This document shows, in pieces, positions 37,401 through 46,300 of a stretch of 64,000 nt of DNA. Position numbers and translations under genes: made by a program. This DNA comes from an uncultured Coxiella sp. (GTDB taxonomy: Bacteria; Pseudomonadota; Gammaproteobacteria; Comchoanobacterales; Comchoanobacteraceae), in NCBI GenBank assembly GCA_902538855.1, contig CACBGS010000005.1:435-64434 (forward strand), in the 5' to 3' direction. Under the pieces are notes generated by a model. It had not been told where the DNA came from. It did not search any database and saw nothing but the letters and a program-made list of their open reading frames with translations. Position 1 is the first letter of the stretch. Each line of letters starts with the position of its first letter.

Positions 37401-38290
37401 GTATTATATGAAGCTCGCAATATACTATCCATTTTCGGCTGCTGACACAATTTGATCAGCTGCAAAACATTCTTTGGCAAATAGATAGGCTCAGGCACCT
37501 GTTCACTACTAAGCAATATCCATTCATCTTCTTGACAGCTAATTGTTGTATGCGTTGTCTCATGTGCAAATTGCCGCAGGTAACTTTTAACTATATCAAA
37601 AGTAAGCTCTTTGTGCTCACAAACAAACCTGTAAAAAACTTCATATGCTAATTTTTTATAATCAGCAGCTTGTACAGCGGCATCTACAGTATTACCCTGT
37701 TTAGAAAAATAATTAGACATATCATAAACAAAATTACAAGAGTAGCTCCAACCAAAACGCATAAGTGCAGAAAGCATCGTTCTTCTTAAAGCATAATCTA
37801 TATTAGGCCTATATTCTAAGGCGGTATCAGTAGCCGTATCAGTAAAGAGAATACTATGTGCTAGTGTGTGCACATAAGGTTCTCGCATATCTTTAATTCC
37901 AGCTAAAAGTAAAGTAACCAAGTTTTTTTTAGTCTTAGCAGGTGAACTATCAACAGTCGTAGTAAAAGAATTACTAATCCTCTGCATTAAAGTTCTGTTT
38001 GGTTGCACAACACAATCCTGTTTATTATTTATTTTATCTAAAAAGAGCAAGGATATAACGGCGAGCACTTCATCCCTTCGCTGATGGTTAAATATAAGAC
38101 AGGCAAACTGTGCCGCTACAGTCGTACAACCAAGCACAGAGAAGCTTCCAATATACATCTCATCAAGATTAGTAAGCAGGCACACATATAACAAGACACT
38201 CACAAGGGATCCGAAAGATGATTCAGCTAAAGGTAATAATTTTTGGATATTCTTCATAAATATGTTACATCCTATATTATTGTTCAACAT
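34439..38290 (-). CDS. Giant orphan membrane protein (1283 aa)
   Basis: Uninterrupted 3.85-kb ORF. It has N-terminal hydrophobic helices, about 1000 aa of soluble region without recognisable motifs, and a C-terminal cluster of about 5-6 TM helices. Its 3' end overlaps convergent smpB by 26 nt. Confidence 0.6.
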   Translation of the reverse strand: MLNNNIGCNIFMKNIQKLLPLAESSFGSLVSVLLYVCLLTNLDEMYIGSFSVLGCTTVAAQFACLIFNHQRRDEVLAVISLLFLDKINNKQDCVVQPNRTLMQRISNSFTTTVDSSPAKTKKNLVTLLLAGIKDMREPYVHTLAHSILFTDTATDTALEYRPNIDYALRRTMLSALMRFGWSYSCNFVYDMSNYFSKQGNTVDAAVQAADYKKLAYEVFYRFVCEHKELTFDIVKSYLRQFAHETTHTTISCQEDEWILLSSEQVPEPIYLPKNVLQLIKLCQQPKMDSILRASYNTIIEENTKNTLEVVLPQLPNMLLRQVKQKIMQDFSGFSEALSADNAGFLDGVLAFTMVSEGSRIHAFREAQQLSDAQVILINLRKDFTKPLLNAINQEIIRADGDPAHTKELVSDFLEIVSFFTLEEATKSQLDTQEFLYNTIAGFVSKYPDFIMRNSQVFHNNIAWERLLRSIFMHDNNYHAMSAIMPFFSSITANTLHMLVAPQLPGDQRKLGVGAVENLLLSTIRKDNDIPNNDMINLLAVYAKNTSLDMLPLPAASCVSKQAYQSFMQIPWLKKSIDAFSHKGDMPDFIYYLLSTILPEDDTKRRENIIGIYEFIQLSNSGYKKSDNSQTRYNCNDMLALCKLCADLFAGRSQKLLHNYRDIAKKHSYISQSMIAMMQSAMTGSADANAVQMDLYDNVQLAECVTRNIINSNRVDTGSLDKQTMVAILDEILRKNSATAKIVAPVEKHYMQIMLQQLLQQPVLNNLHAALTGFKACFTPEVAGSSRAGLNVNFSHAYIAECMNFLVNSAPFDDILVSIFQSAVDMTTYTGANILESGLPSDLLLRISKLWLVDTAVVENAQALAVLNKLRKHQETQDFFCKVINDTVVGDLLAGNEYQASSDLGVYARELVRSLLALSDQNFKELCLDISSLQGSESDRYALAVKIKQSSYFSSVNENLIAILGDAHPNAKKLLFKRLLGSIGVNLDFEDSSELLNYFSQGSSYLYHAVDRVDFERHMSSGSQLMMYQVLLDGMLRPKGDSAKIETTLNRLSLYSACSSEKVGCMSALIRKFCPLPKRAASFISGMVLKRKELSKWFAALLQILVGVLCIPAALFYSVYRKNFVANMKRTLDSFKTLLTKIYYLPAAAVFLVSIISLALMDYLSMGLSGIYNAPKNLYAINYREYIVANFNLRHGLALFAIGVGSLMLTYTSTPLTFVAMSVSALWFLPVCVSMFTKSSIKGYLSDYKPSSQIPVIAIPVPENKNPTVMPESVENSTRLSQSV

Positions 38291-38405
38291 TATTATAATT
38301 ATCGCCTAGATAATAATGTTAGAACAAAATAATATCAACTTATATGTGCAGCAAAAGTATACTATACCATATTTTTTTGCTAACATAATTATTATTTAAT
38401 ACCGT

Positions 38406-39500
38406 ATGCAAATCAATAGCACTGAACGCATATTCAAAGAACACAGTCTAAGTATTTTCATTTTCTTAGAGATTCTTATTATTTATTGCTTTATAGTCGG
38501 ATTAGGCCAGTTTCTATATCCAGTAATTATCGCCTGTATATTACTATATATCTCGCTCCCTGCTATAGACTTTCTTGAAAAGCACACCCACCTTCCCAGA
38601 CAAGTTGCCGTTAGCATTATCTTCATAATTCAGCTATATATTATAGGCATACTCCTGACCCAAGGCCTTCCTTATATTTTTGCTGAAACACAAAAACTCT
38701 TTCTAGCATTACCAAAATACATTACAAACATTATCAACTATATAAATGCTCAAGCCGCAACTTATGATATCAACCTAGATATTGAATCTATGGCTATGGA
38801 GAAAAAATCAACACAGTTCTTCAAAGATCTAGCAACCTTAAACTATGGCACACTAGAAAACACATTAAATTTTGCCCACGATACTGCAAGCCAGATTCTT
38901 GGCCATTTATTTTGGCTAATTGACCTAGTACTTATTCCTATTTTGTACTTATTTCTAGGTATAAACTATAAGAAGGTAATCAATGGCATAGATCATAATG
39001 CACCAAAATTTCTAAAAGAAGAAGTAAACTTGGCCTTATTTAAAGCCAATGAAGTGTTTGCAGCATATATTAGAGGACAGATTATACTAGTTTGCACACT
39101 TGCTGCAGGCTACAGCACTGGCTTTGTACTTATTGGACTACCTTATGGCTTTGCACTTGGAATTATTACTGGTTTGCTGAGCTTCGTACCCTATCTTGGC
39201 ACCACTGTCGGACTCATCACTTCCCTACTCATACTATTCACACTAAATAGCAATATATTTGCCTACCTATCATTACTAAGTGTCTTTGTAGTAGTACACG
39301 GACTTGAATACAGTGTATTAATACCCAGCTTAGTAGGCCATCATGTTGGGTTAAGCTTTTTTACTAGTTTTTTAGCACTATTGATTGGTGCCAATAGTTT
39401 TGGTGTTTTAGGTGCTGTATTTGCTATGCCAGTGACAGCTTTGGGCAAACACCTATTTGGCCGAATAAGAATGTATTGTGAAAATAACGGAGATATTTAG
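38406..39500 (+). CDS. AI-2E family transporter (PerM/YhhT, UPF0118)
   Basis: 364 aa with about 8 TM helices. The C-terminal half shows the typical AI-2E pattern (YIRGQIILV......GLPYGFALGIITGLLSFVPYLG). Confidence 0.8.
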   Translation: MQINSTERIFKEHSLSIFIFLEILIIYCFIVGLGQFLYPVIIACILLYISLPAIDFLEKHTHLPRQVAVSIIFIIQLYIIGILLTQGLPYIFAETQKLFLALPKYITNIINYINAQAATYDINLDIESMAMEKKSTQFFKDLATLNYGTLENTLNFAHDTASQILGHLFWLIDLVLIPILYLFLGINYKKVINGIDHNAPKFLKEEVNLALFKANEVFAAYIRGQIILVCTLAAGYSTGFVLIGLPYGFALGIITGLLSFVPYLGTTVGLITSLLILFTLNSNIFAYLSLLSVFVVVHGLEYSVLIPSLVGHHVGLSFFTSFLALLIGANSFGVLGAVFAMPVTALGKHLFGRIRMYCENNGDI

Positions 39501-39509
39501 CGAAAAATA

Positions 39510-39860
39510 TCAACCTGGAGGCCAGTGCACATCACGGCCACCGATAATGTGCAAATGTAAATGAAAAACAGTCTGTCCTGCACCTGCGCCATTATTAACA
39601 ACCAATCTAAAAGTATCATCAAGCCCAAGAATATTTGCCACTTTTGGTGCCTGTAATAATAAATAACCTAGTAAATCTTGCTGTTGAACCTCTGCATCTG
39701 ACAACTTAGGTATCACAACTTTTGGAATTAATAGTACATGCACTGGCGCCACCGGGTGAATATCACGAAAAGCAAGACACTTATCATCTTCATACACTAT
39801 ATCTGCAGGCAATTCTCTGTTTATAACTTTGGTAAAAATAGTGTCTTCTTGCGCAACCAT
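39510..39860 (-). CDS. HIT-family purine nucleoside phosphoramidase (HinT-like)
   Basis: 116 aa with the histidine triad HLHLHIIGG and upstream FRDIHPVAPVHVLLIPK. Confidence 0.9.
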   Translation of the reverse strand: MVAQEDTIFTKVINRELPADIVYEDDKCLAFRDIHPVAPVHVLLIPKVVIPKLSDAEVQQQDLLGYLLLQAPKVANILGLDDTFRLVVNNGAGAGQTVFHLHLHIIGGRDVHWPPG

Positions 39861-39871
39861 AACGCCCCCTT

Positions 39872-40060
39872 TTATTTCATAGACTCATATTCAGCATCTG
39901 ATAATGCTCTTGCCTGATCAATAAGCATCACCGGAATACCATCAACAATTGGGTAAGCTAGCTTACTAGCGCGACACCACAATTCATTTTTTTCTTTAAG
40001 CCACAACAAAGAGGCACCCGAATACGGACAAACCAAGTGTCTTAATAACGCATCATTCAT
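39872..40060 (-). CDS. Trm112/YcaR (UPF0434) family small protein
   Basis: 62 aa. L..LVCPYSGASL.....ELWC....LAYPIVDGIPVML is the family pattern. Confidence 0.75.
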   Translation of the reverse strand: MNDALLRHLVCPYSGASLLWLKEKNELWCRASKLAYPIVDGIPVMLIDQARALSDAEYESMK

Positions 40061-40172
40061 AGCAATATACTAGAAAACTAGTAAATTATATTAACATAGC
40101 AACAAACAAATAAAAACCACTTATTTACATCCTTAGCAGACTAGGTTACATTGGTTATAAGTTATTATACTT

Positions 40173-40724
40173 GTGATTATGCCCTTAACCTATCAACAGT
40201 TACAAAATTATTTAAAGATATATCCAGACGAGATAGATATCGTACAAGCTTTTGAAGCATTGGGCAGCCAAAGCAAAAAACCTCACAGCGTTGAAATATC
40301 AGGATCTGCCTGGATAATCAGGCCCAGTGATCACACTGTATTATTACTTAAAAACCAACTCAGTAGCCCATGGCCCCTACCCCAAGGCGAGCTGCATAGC
40401 TTATACAATACACCAGAGACCATAAAACAAATAGCTAAACAAAGCACACAACTACGCTCAGACCTCACATTGGTCAACAACCAAATCTTTCACTTAAGTA
40501 TTCAATACAAGCCCACAGCAAATGATACTAAACACCACTACTTATTTGACATATGCATGTTGTTCTATATTAAAGAACCATTTAGCACTATTGATGATGG
40601 CCAACAAAGCTACTCTTGGCACAATACAGCAGATCTACTCTACAATATAAGACATAATAAAAAGCTCACCCGCCTAGCAAAAAAATGGCAATGGATGTCA
40701 TACCAGATATTAGAAACAGTATAA
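40173..40724 (+). CDS. Hypothetical protein, possibly a degenerate Nudix-like fold
   Basis: 183 aa. GSAWIIRP..HTVLLLKN....WPLPQGEL resembles the strand leading into a Nudix box, but the REx2EE catalytic motif is absent. Confidence 0.4.
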   Translation: MIMPLTYQQLQNYLKIYPDEIDIVQAFEALGSQSKKPHSVEISGSAWIIRPSDHTVLLLKNQLSSPWPLPQGELHSLYNTPETIKQIAKQSTQLRSDLTLVNNQIFHLSIQYKPTANDTKHHYLFDICMLFYIKEPFSTIDDGQQSYSWHNTADLLYNIRHNKKLTRLAKKWQWMSYQILETV

Positions 40725-40782
40725 TCTAGACAGTAATATTAAGCATGTGTTAACATCAAGAATATTTTCATCGAATAACCTT

Positions 40783-41352
40783 ATGCTTAACAGATTATTT
40801 TACACATTAACACTATGCACACTTAGTGCAAACATTTTCGCTAATATAGACACTGCTGCGTTTAGCAAGCTGCATCAAAGCGGTATAAGTATCCAAGTTG
40901 CAAACGGTGGAATAAGTAGCGGCTACTACACAAGCGACCATACCTACACATTCGGTATTGGCGGCTTAACATACGCAAGTTTAAAAACGGATACCACCAA
41001 AGATTCTGCAACCACTGCTGTAACCACTACAGAAAAAGAAAAAGGGTTTGATTCTTACTTATACTTGAGAAAAAATACAGCACTTACAACCAACAGCGTG
41101 TTTGGTTTTGGCGTCTCTGCTGGAAAAAAAATCCCAACATCAGGAGATACACGTAAACTAAAAAAAGATTACAATATACAACAATACATGATGCTAGAAT
41201 ACGCTATTAATGAAAAGATATTAGTCGGCGCTTGGCTTAATACCGTAAACTTCAAGTACACCAAAACCACCGACGGCAACACTGACGGCGATAACACAAA
41301 AACATTTAAAGCCTTACAAGGCGGTGCAGTGCAGCTAGCATATTTATTCTAA
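40783..41352 (+). CDS. Small outer-membrane beta-barrel protein (OmpW/OmpA-like porin family)
   Basis: Start chosen at MLNRLFYTLTLCTLSANIFA (signal peptide). It has alternating strands and the C-terminal LAYLF typical of OMP barrels. Confidence 0.55.
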   Translation: MLNRLFYTLTLCTLSANIFANIDTAAFSKLHQSGISIQVANGGISSGYYTSDHTYTFGIGGLTYASLKTDTTKDSATTAVTTTEKEKGFDSYLYLRKNTALTTNSVFGFGVSAGKKIPTSGDTRKLKKDYNIQQYMMLEYAINEKILVGAWLNTVNFKYTKTTDGNTDGDNTKTFKALQGGAVQLAYLF

Positions 41353-41364
41353 AAGCTTAAGTTT

Positions 41365-41393
41365 TATAGCGGGTTATATATATACCCGCTATA
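41365..41393. terminator. Perfect 10-bp hairpin between convergent omp gene and ssrA (possible bidirectional terminator)
   Basis: TATAGCGGGT-tatatatat-ACCCGCTATA. It lies 13 nt after the omp stop and about 55 nt after the tmRNA 3' end. There is no strong T-run. Confidence 0.5.
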
Positions 41394-41448
41394 AAGCAAC
41401 ACAACATTCATACATTCTTTATCGTAACAGTAATACCTGATCAAACAT

Positions 41449-41838
41449 TGGAGGCGGCGGGAGTCGAACCCGCGTCCGCTCATGTTCATCTTTTGGTACT
41501 ACATGCTTAGCCTCGCCAAAATTTCAGTGCCAGGCATATGGACGGGCACAACAGCCCAGCACTTACCTGTTTAATTTAATGCATCTACGTCCAGGTTACA
41601 TAAATACACGGTCTTGTGTAAATGACCGCAGTTTAATACGCACAAGCACACATTAACTACGGGATTAGGCAGCTTGCGCTACTTTATCTAAAAGACCGTT
41701 AGCGGCAATGCTGCCACGAACGCTCTTTCTTCTACTACGTTTTGCAGTTATAAGTTCACAAAGTGTTTTACGAGCAACCTTGTAAGCTCGGCATGCACCT
41801 CCAGCCTCTTCAATCACGTCGAAGCCAAATGCGCCCCC
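41449..41838 (-). ncRNA. ssrA: tmRNA (SsrA), about 390 nt
   Basis: The reverse complement begins GGGGGCGCAUUUGGCUUCGACG..GGUGCAUGCCGAG and ends GGACGCGGGUUCGACUCCCGCCGCCUCCA. The acceptor stem has a G3:U pair. CCA is not encoded. The tag ORF ends ..GCG CAA GCU GCC UAA. Confidence 0.9.
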
Positions 41839-41882
41839 ATAGGGTTATTATAAACAAAAAAGTCTGTTTTATCAATTAAAGC

Positions 41883-42611
41883 TTACGTCACTGGCTTTAT
41901 AGCACTTAAGCCACCATCTATAGTGAATACTTGTCCAGTAGCCCAACTATTATCTAGCAAGGCTATTAACATACCCACCACATCCTCAGGCTGACCAATT
42001 TTACCAAGAGGATGCGCCCTCAAGCTAACTTCTTTACCCTTAGGGTTAGCCAAAATACGCTGACTCAAGGGTGTATCAACCATGCCAGGAGCAATACAAT
42101 TCACTTGTATTTTATTATGAGCATAAGTTGCTGCAGCAGCCTTCATAAGTCCCACAACCCCTGCTTTCGCAGCACTAATAGCTTCATGATTGGCTAAACC
42201 AATCTCACAAGCGGCTGTTGAAAAAAGCACTATTTGCCCACCACCTTGTGGCATCATCACCTTAACAGCAGCCTGAACGCAAGCAAAAGCCGAATTCAAA
42301 TTAGTATTTAAAGTGGTTTGCCAGTCATTTGCCGTTAGCAAATGTATAGGCTTTAACATAATAGAGCCCACACAATTGACTACTGCTTTAATATGATACT
42401 TTTCGGCAATTTCCTGCAAGGCATTCGTCATTGCAATGGCATCTGTTGGATCTACAATCTTAAAAGGCATAGAGTAACGTTGCGCTAGCTCAGAAATAGC
42501 AGACTCAGAACGCCCAATAAGCAACACAGAGTCCCCTCTTGATACCAGCTGCTTCACACAACATGAGCCAATACCTCCATTAGCACCAACAACAACTGTA
42601 ACTGTACGCAT
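41883..42611 (-). CDS. Short-chain dehydrogenase/reductase (SDR)
   Basis: 242 aa. Cofactor motif VVGANGGIGS, NSAF, and an active-site region SAAKAG (YxxxK-like position). Confidence 0.8.
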   Translation of the reverse strand: MRTVTVVVGANGGIGSCCVKQLVSRGDSVLLIGRSESAISELAQRYSMPFKIVDPTDAIAMTNALQEIAEKYHIKAVVNCVGSIMLKPIHLLTANDWQTTLNTNLNSAFACVQAAVKVMMPQGGGQIVLFSTAACEIGLANHEAISAAKAGVVGLMKAAAATYAHNKIQVNCIAPGMVDTPLSQRILANPKGKEVSLRAHPLGKIGQPEDVVGMLIALLDNSWATGQVFTIDGGLSAIKPVT

Positions 42612-42699
42612 TTATGCCCCCTAAAAGCAACTTTATTGAAAAACTTTCATTGTAATTATACAATAACAAAGTATAGTATTTTAAGCAACGGAGATAAAT

Positions 42700-43371
42700 A
42701 TGAAAAAAGTAGAAGGTCTGACAGCCAGCGAACTAATATGTAAAAGTAAGAAAATTTGCAACAAGCCACAATCACAACGCGACCTTTTATACTCTGCATT
42801 ACTAGTACTACAACAAAAACCAGACCCTATTTGCCAAATAAAAGTATACTATTGGCTTGGCAATAGCTACACCGGTAATAAAACCCAACAAAAAAAATAC
42901 TATATAAAAGCCTTGGATCTTAGCAGGAACATGTTACAGATCAAAAACCACAAGCATGAATGGGTCTTGAAAGAACTATACGCACTTACATGCATAGGTC
43001 TTGGTAATTCAAAAGTCTATTTTGCAGGCAATAAAGATAATACCCACTGGTATCATAAAGCATTAGAAGTTTGCAAAAATACCAACATTGTTATTAAAGC
43101 ATATAAAGGCCTTGCCAACGCTCTAAGTTACCGCAAACATAATCTTGAAGCATTAGCGTATATTGATAAAGCTATAGCGCTAAACCAAAACAACAAAGAT
43201 TTAAATAAAGTACGCAAGCGCATTATCAATTTCATCGATAAAGAAACAACAAACGATGCCTATACTTTATTTCCACAACAAAGTGAAATTTCACAATATG
43301 TACCACATGCGTTTTTTGCTAACCCAAAGCCTAGTTCAGCAGAAAATGAATACCTGAGAACTTTAAAATAA
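42700..43371 (+). CDS. TPR-repeat protein, hypothetical
   Basis: 223 aa. TPR-like repeats include YYWLGNSY......YYIKALDL and AYKGLANALSYRKHNLEALAYIDKAIALNQNN. Confidence 0.5.
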   Translation: MKKVEGLTASELICKSKKICNKPQSQRDLLYSALLVLQQKPDPICQIKVYYWLGNSYTGNKTQQKKYYIKALDLSRNMLQIKNHKHEWVLKELYALTCIGLGNSKVYFAGNKDNTHWYHKALEVCKNTNIVIKAYKGLANALSYRKHNLEALAYIDKAIALNQNNKDLNKVRKRIINFIDKETTNDAYTLFPQQSEISQYVPHAFFANPKPSSAENEYLRTLK

Positions 43372-43372
43372 A

Positions 43373-46300
43373 TTAACGTTGGTCATACCACATTTTATAC
43401 AGCTTCTTTTGTAACTGACAAGCATCATTTCTAGCTTGCAAATGATCTAGATCAACAATTTCTAATGGTTGATCCTGCCACGAACAAGAAAATACTGCTT
43501 TGGTTCTTTGTAGAGTATCTGGATCAATCTGCCACTGTAAGCATTGAGCACAAATACCTTTTAACATACATTGCATAGGACCATGTACAGCACCAACAAT
43601 TATGGGTTTATGCTGTTTATGCTCTGCTAATAATTGTCGATATTGGGTAATAACAAAACCCGCTGCCCCCTGCAAATAAACATGAGAACTTTGTAAATAC
43701 ATAGCAGTAAGTTCTGATGTATTATCCGCATCCTGTACTTGAAAAGGATAAGATAGCGGCCACTGCTGATAGAATAACCGTGCTGCTGCTGTGAGCTCTT
43801 TGGCTATAATAGTAACACTATGCCCAAGACCCGTCAGCTTTCTTGCATAAAAACAACAAACACCCATACCCTGTTGATCTGTAATCAATAATACATGGCT
43901 TGATTGTTTTGGCGTACTCAACCTCACCCCGGTAACACCCATGCAATTTAATTGCTCACCGGTTTCTAATTGTGCCAGCCATGTAGTTGCAACATCATCG
44001 GCACTAAAAATAAAATGCAATAGCCCCTGATCCAACTCTACTCCTGCAACCTTTAGGGCAACCGCCTGTGTAGTCATTGCATGTTTATGATAATGCGCAA
44101 AGCGTCTACGAGCCAAGCGAAACATATGCCCAGGCTGTGCTTTTTTTGCTAACCAAGGACAACGCAACACCAAATGATAGCTCCCATCATAACAAGGGCT
44201 AATCTGTGTACAATATGCATTAAATGTAGCAGCAAGATTATCTATAAAAGCATTAGCATCCAACGCCTTACTAGCAGCTAAGCCAGTTAAACTTCGCATA
44301 ATATGAGGTGTTGCATACTGTGAAGAGGCCAATGCTTTAACCACACTACCATGATAATGCGGATGCAAATCACCACAAAAAGATACTTTTCTACCCTGAT
44401 AATTATAATCAGTAAAGAAGCCCTGCTCAGATTCTAAATCCGCATTATCTAATGCTGTTTTAATCAAGCTAGTATTATCATGTGCGAGTTTATGCATAGC
44501 ATAAAACTGCCCCTGTCTCTGTAATTGATTTTTATACTCATAACTATAAGCCACATTAGCCACAGCGCCAGTAGCTACAAAAACTGATTTGGCAGGCAGT
44601 ATACATTCCTGCCATAGGGATAAAACTTGAGCACTATCAGTACGCACTGAGATAGAATGTGGCAAAGAAGCATGATAAGGAGTTAAGACAATGGTATTTT
44701 TTTCCTTATCTAAGGTCTGAACTTGCCAATATTGTGGCAGTTCATCTGCTAACAAATCCAAGCTAATAATTAAACCTTCTCGCCACTGCTGGGGAGAGTT
44801 GATACGCGCATGCAAAGTTTGCTTATCCAATACTAGCTCTGATAGATGCATAGCAGATGCTATAGTCTTATCACATTGTAAACACAGCAGCGCGCTACAG
44901 TTACCATACGCATCAACCTGTAAAGATATTGGCCTAGTATGAGTATATAAAACCACACCTTGATCTAAACAAGACTGTAGTTCATGGGCATTTTGTCTAT
45001 AGGCTGGGGCCTGCTCAATAGCACGTCTATAGACCAGACTTACACCACCCCAACTTGATATAAGATCAGAATAATCAACATCTGTAGATGATTGTAATGC
45101 TCTCTGCCTAAGCTGTAGTATCGCCTGACCATGCGCATGCCATATGGCAAGCTTTGCTTGCTCTTGCTCAGAGAAAGCCTGCCAGAAAGCCTGCTTGCCC
45201 ATACTATCCTCTAAGAAATTGATACGTTTTGTAACAAGCTGCGTCATCTGTAAATAAAAAGACTTAGCTTCAGTAGCAGTATCAACAGCCGTTAATCCAC
45301 CACCAATAACAACTATAGGCATTTGCAAAGATAATTCAGCAAAAGTATCTTGTTGATAAGCACCGGTTAACTGAAGAGCCATGAGAAAATCATTAGCTTG
45401 GCGCATACCTCTAGCCATACTATTTGGGATATTAAGGGCTTTAGGTAAACCTGCACCTAAAGCTAAACACACATGATCAAAGCCTAAGCGCCAGCAATCA
45501 TCTAAATCAACACTACCACCAAAGCGCATATTAGCTTGAAGTAATACACGCTGTCTGCGTAATAAATTAAGATAGACCAATTTGAGTAGATTTTTATCCC
45601 AACGCACAGTGATACCATACTCAGCAACACCACCAAAGCCTAATACCGCTCTATCCTCTAAAGATTCATAAATACTACTGTAAGAATAGATAGGCTGCAT
45701 AACATCGCCATATGGCCATGGTTTTATATCAGCACCATCCATAGCTACCACAGTAGCCCCCTGCATACTTAGATGATGGGCTAAACCCATACCAGCAGGA
45801 CCCAAACCAAATACTGCAATCTTACGTTGATTGTCTACTTTAGGTAAATATTCATCAAGGCGTAGTGGATGCCACTGCATAAGTAAACTGTATATTTCCA
45901 CCCCCCAAGGTAAGGATAAAATATCGGTCAATATTCTTGATTCAACTTGTGGTGTGTCAACAGGCTCTTGCTTTTGATAAATACATGAGCGCATACAATC
46001 ATTACAAATTCTATGACCAGTGAGGGCACATAAAGGATTATCTATCATCACTGCTATCAGTGCAGCAAGGTGAAAACCTTTTTGTTTTAACCAATGCATT
46101 TCTGATATCTTCTGATTAATAGGACAACCATGCATCTGTTGCTCATGCCTATCTTCCCTGTAACCTGCATTAGGATCTGCTTTTTTCTTGTGAAAACCAC
46201 TACGACAATAATCTACTTTTTTATCATGACAAGTAACACAATAATGATTATGCAAGCTTATTTGCTCTACAGGCATAGCAGCATTCACCAATGCAAAACT

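Noticed and set aside
41665..41703. Alternative short tmRNA tag ANGLLDKVAQAA starting at the internal GCU codon
   Set aside because: It looks more canonical because it starts with AN. However, by-eye alignment of the region upstream of the tag with E. coli tmRNA places the resume codon about 40 nt earlier, in the same frame. It is kept as the explicit refutation test for the long-tag finding.
41135..41900. Possible genomic island integrated at the ssrA 3' end
   Set aside because: tmRNA genes are frequent integration sites. However, no integrase or transposase ORF is present, and I saw no direct repeat of the ssrA 3' end in the flanking sequence. A systematic repeat search was not possible by eye.
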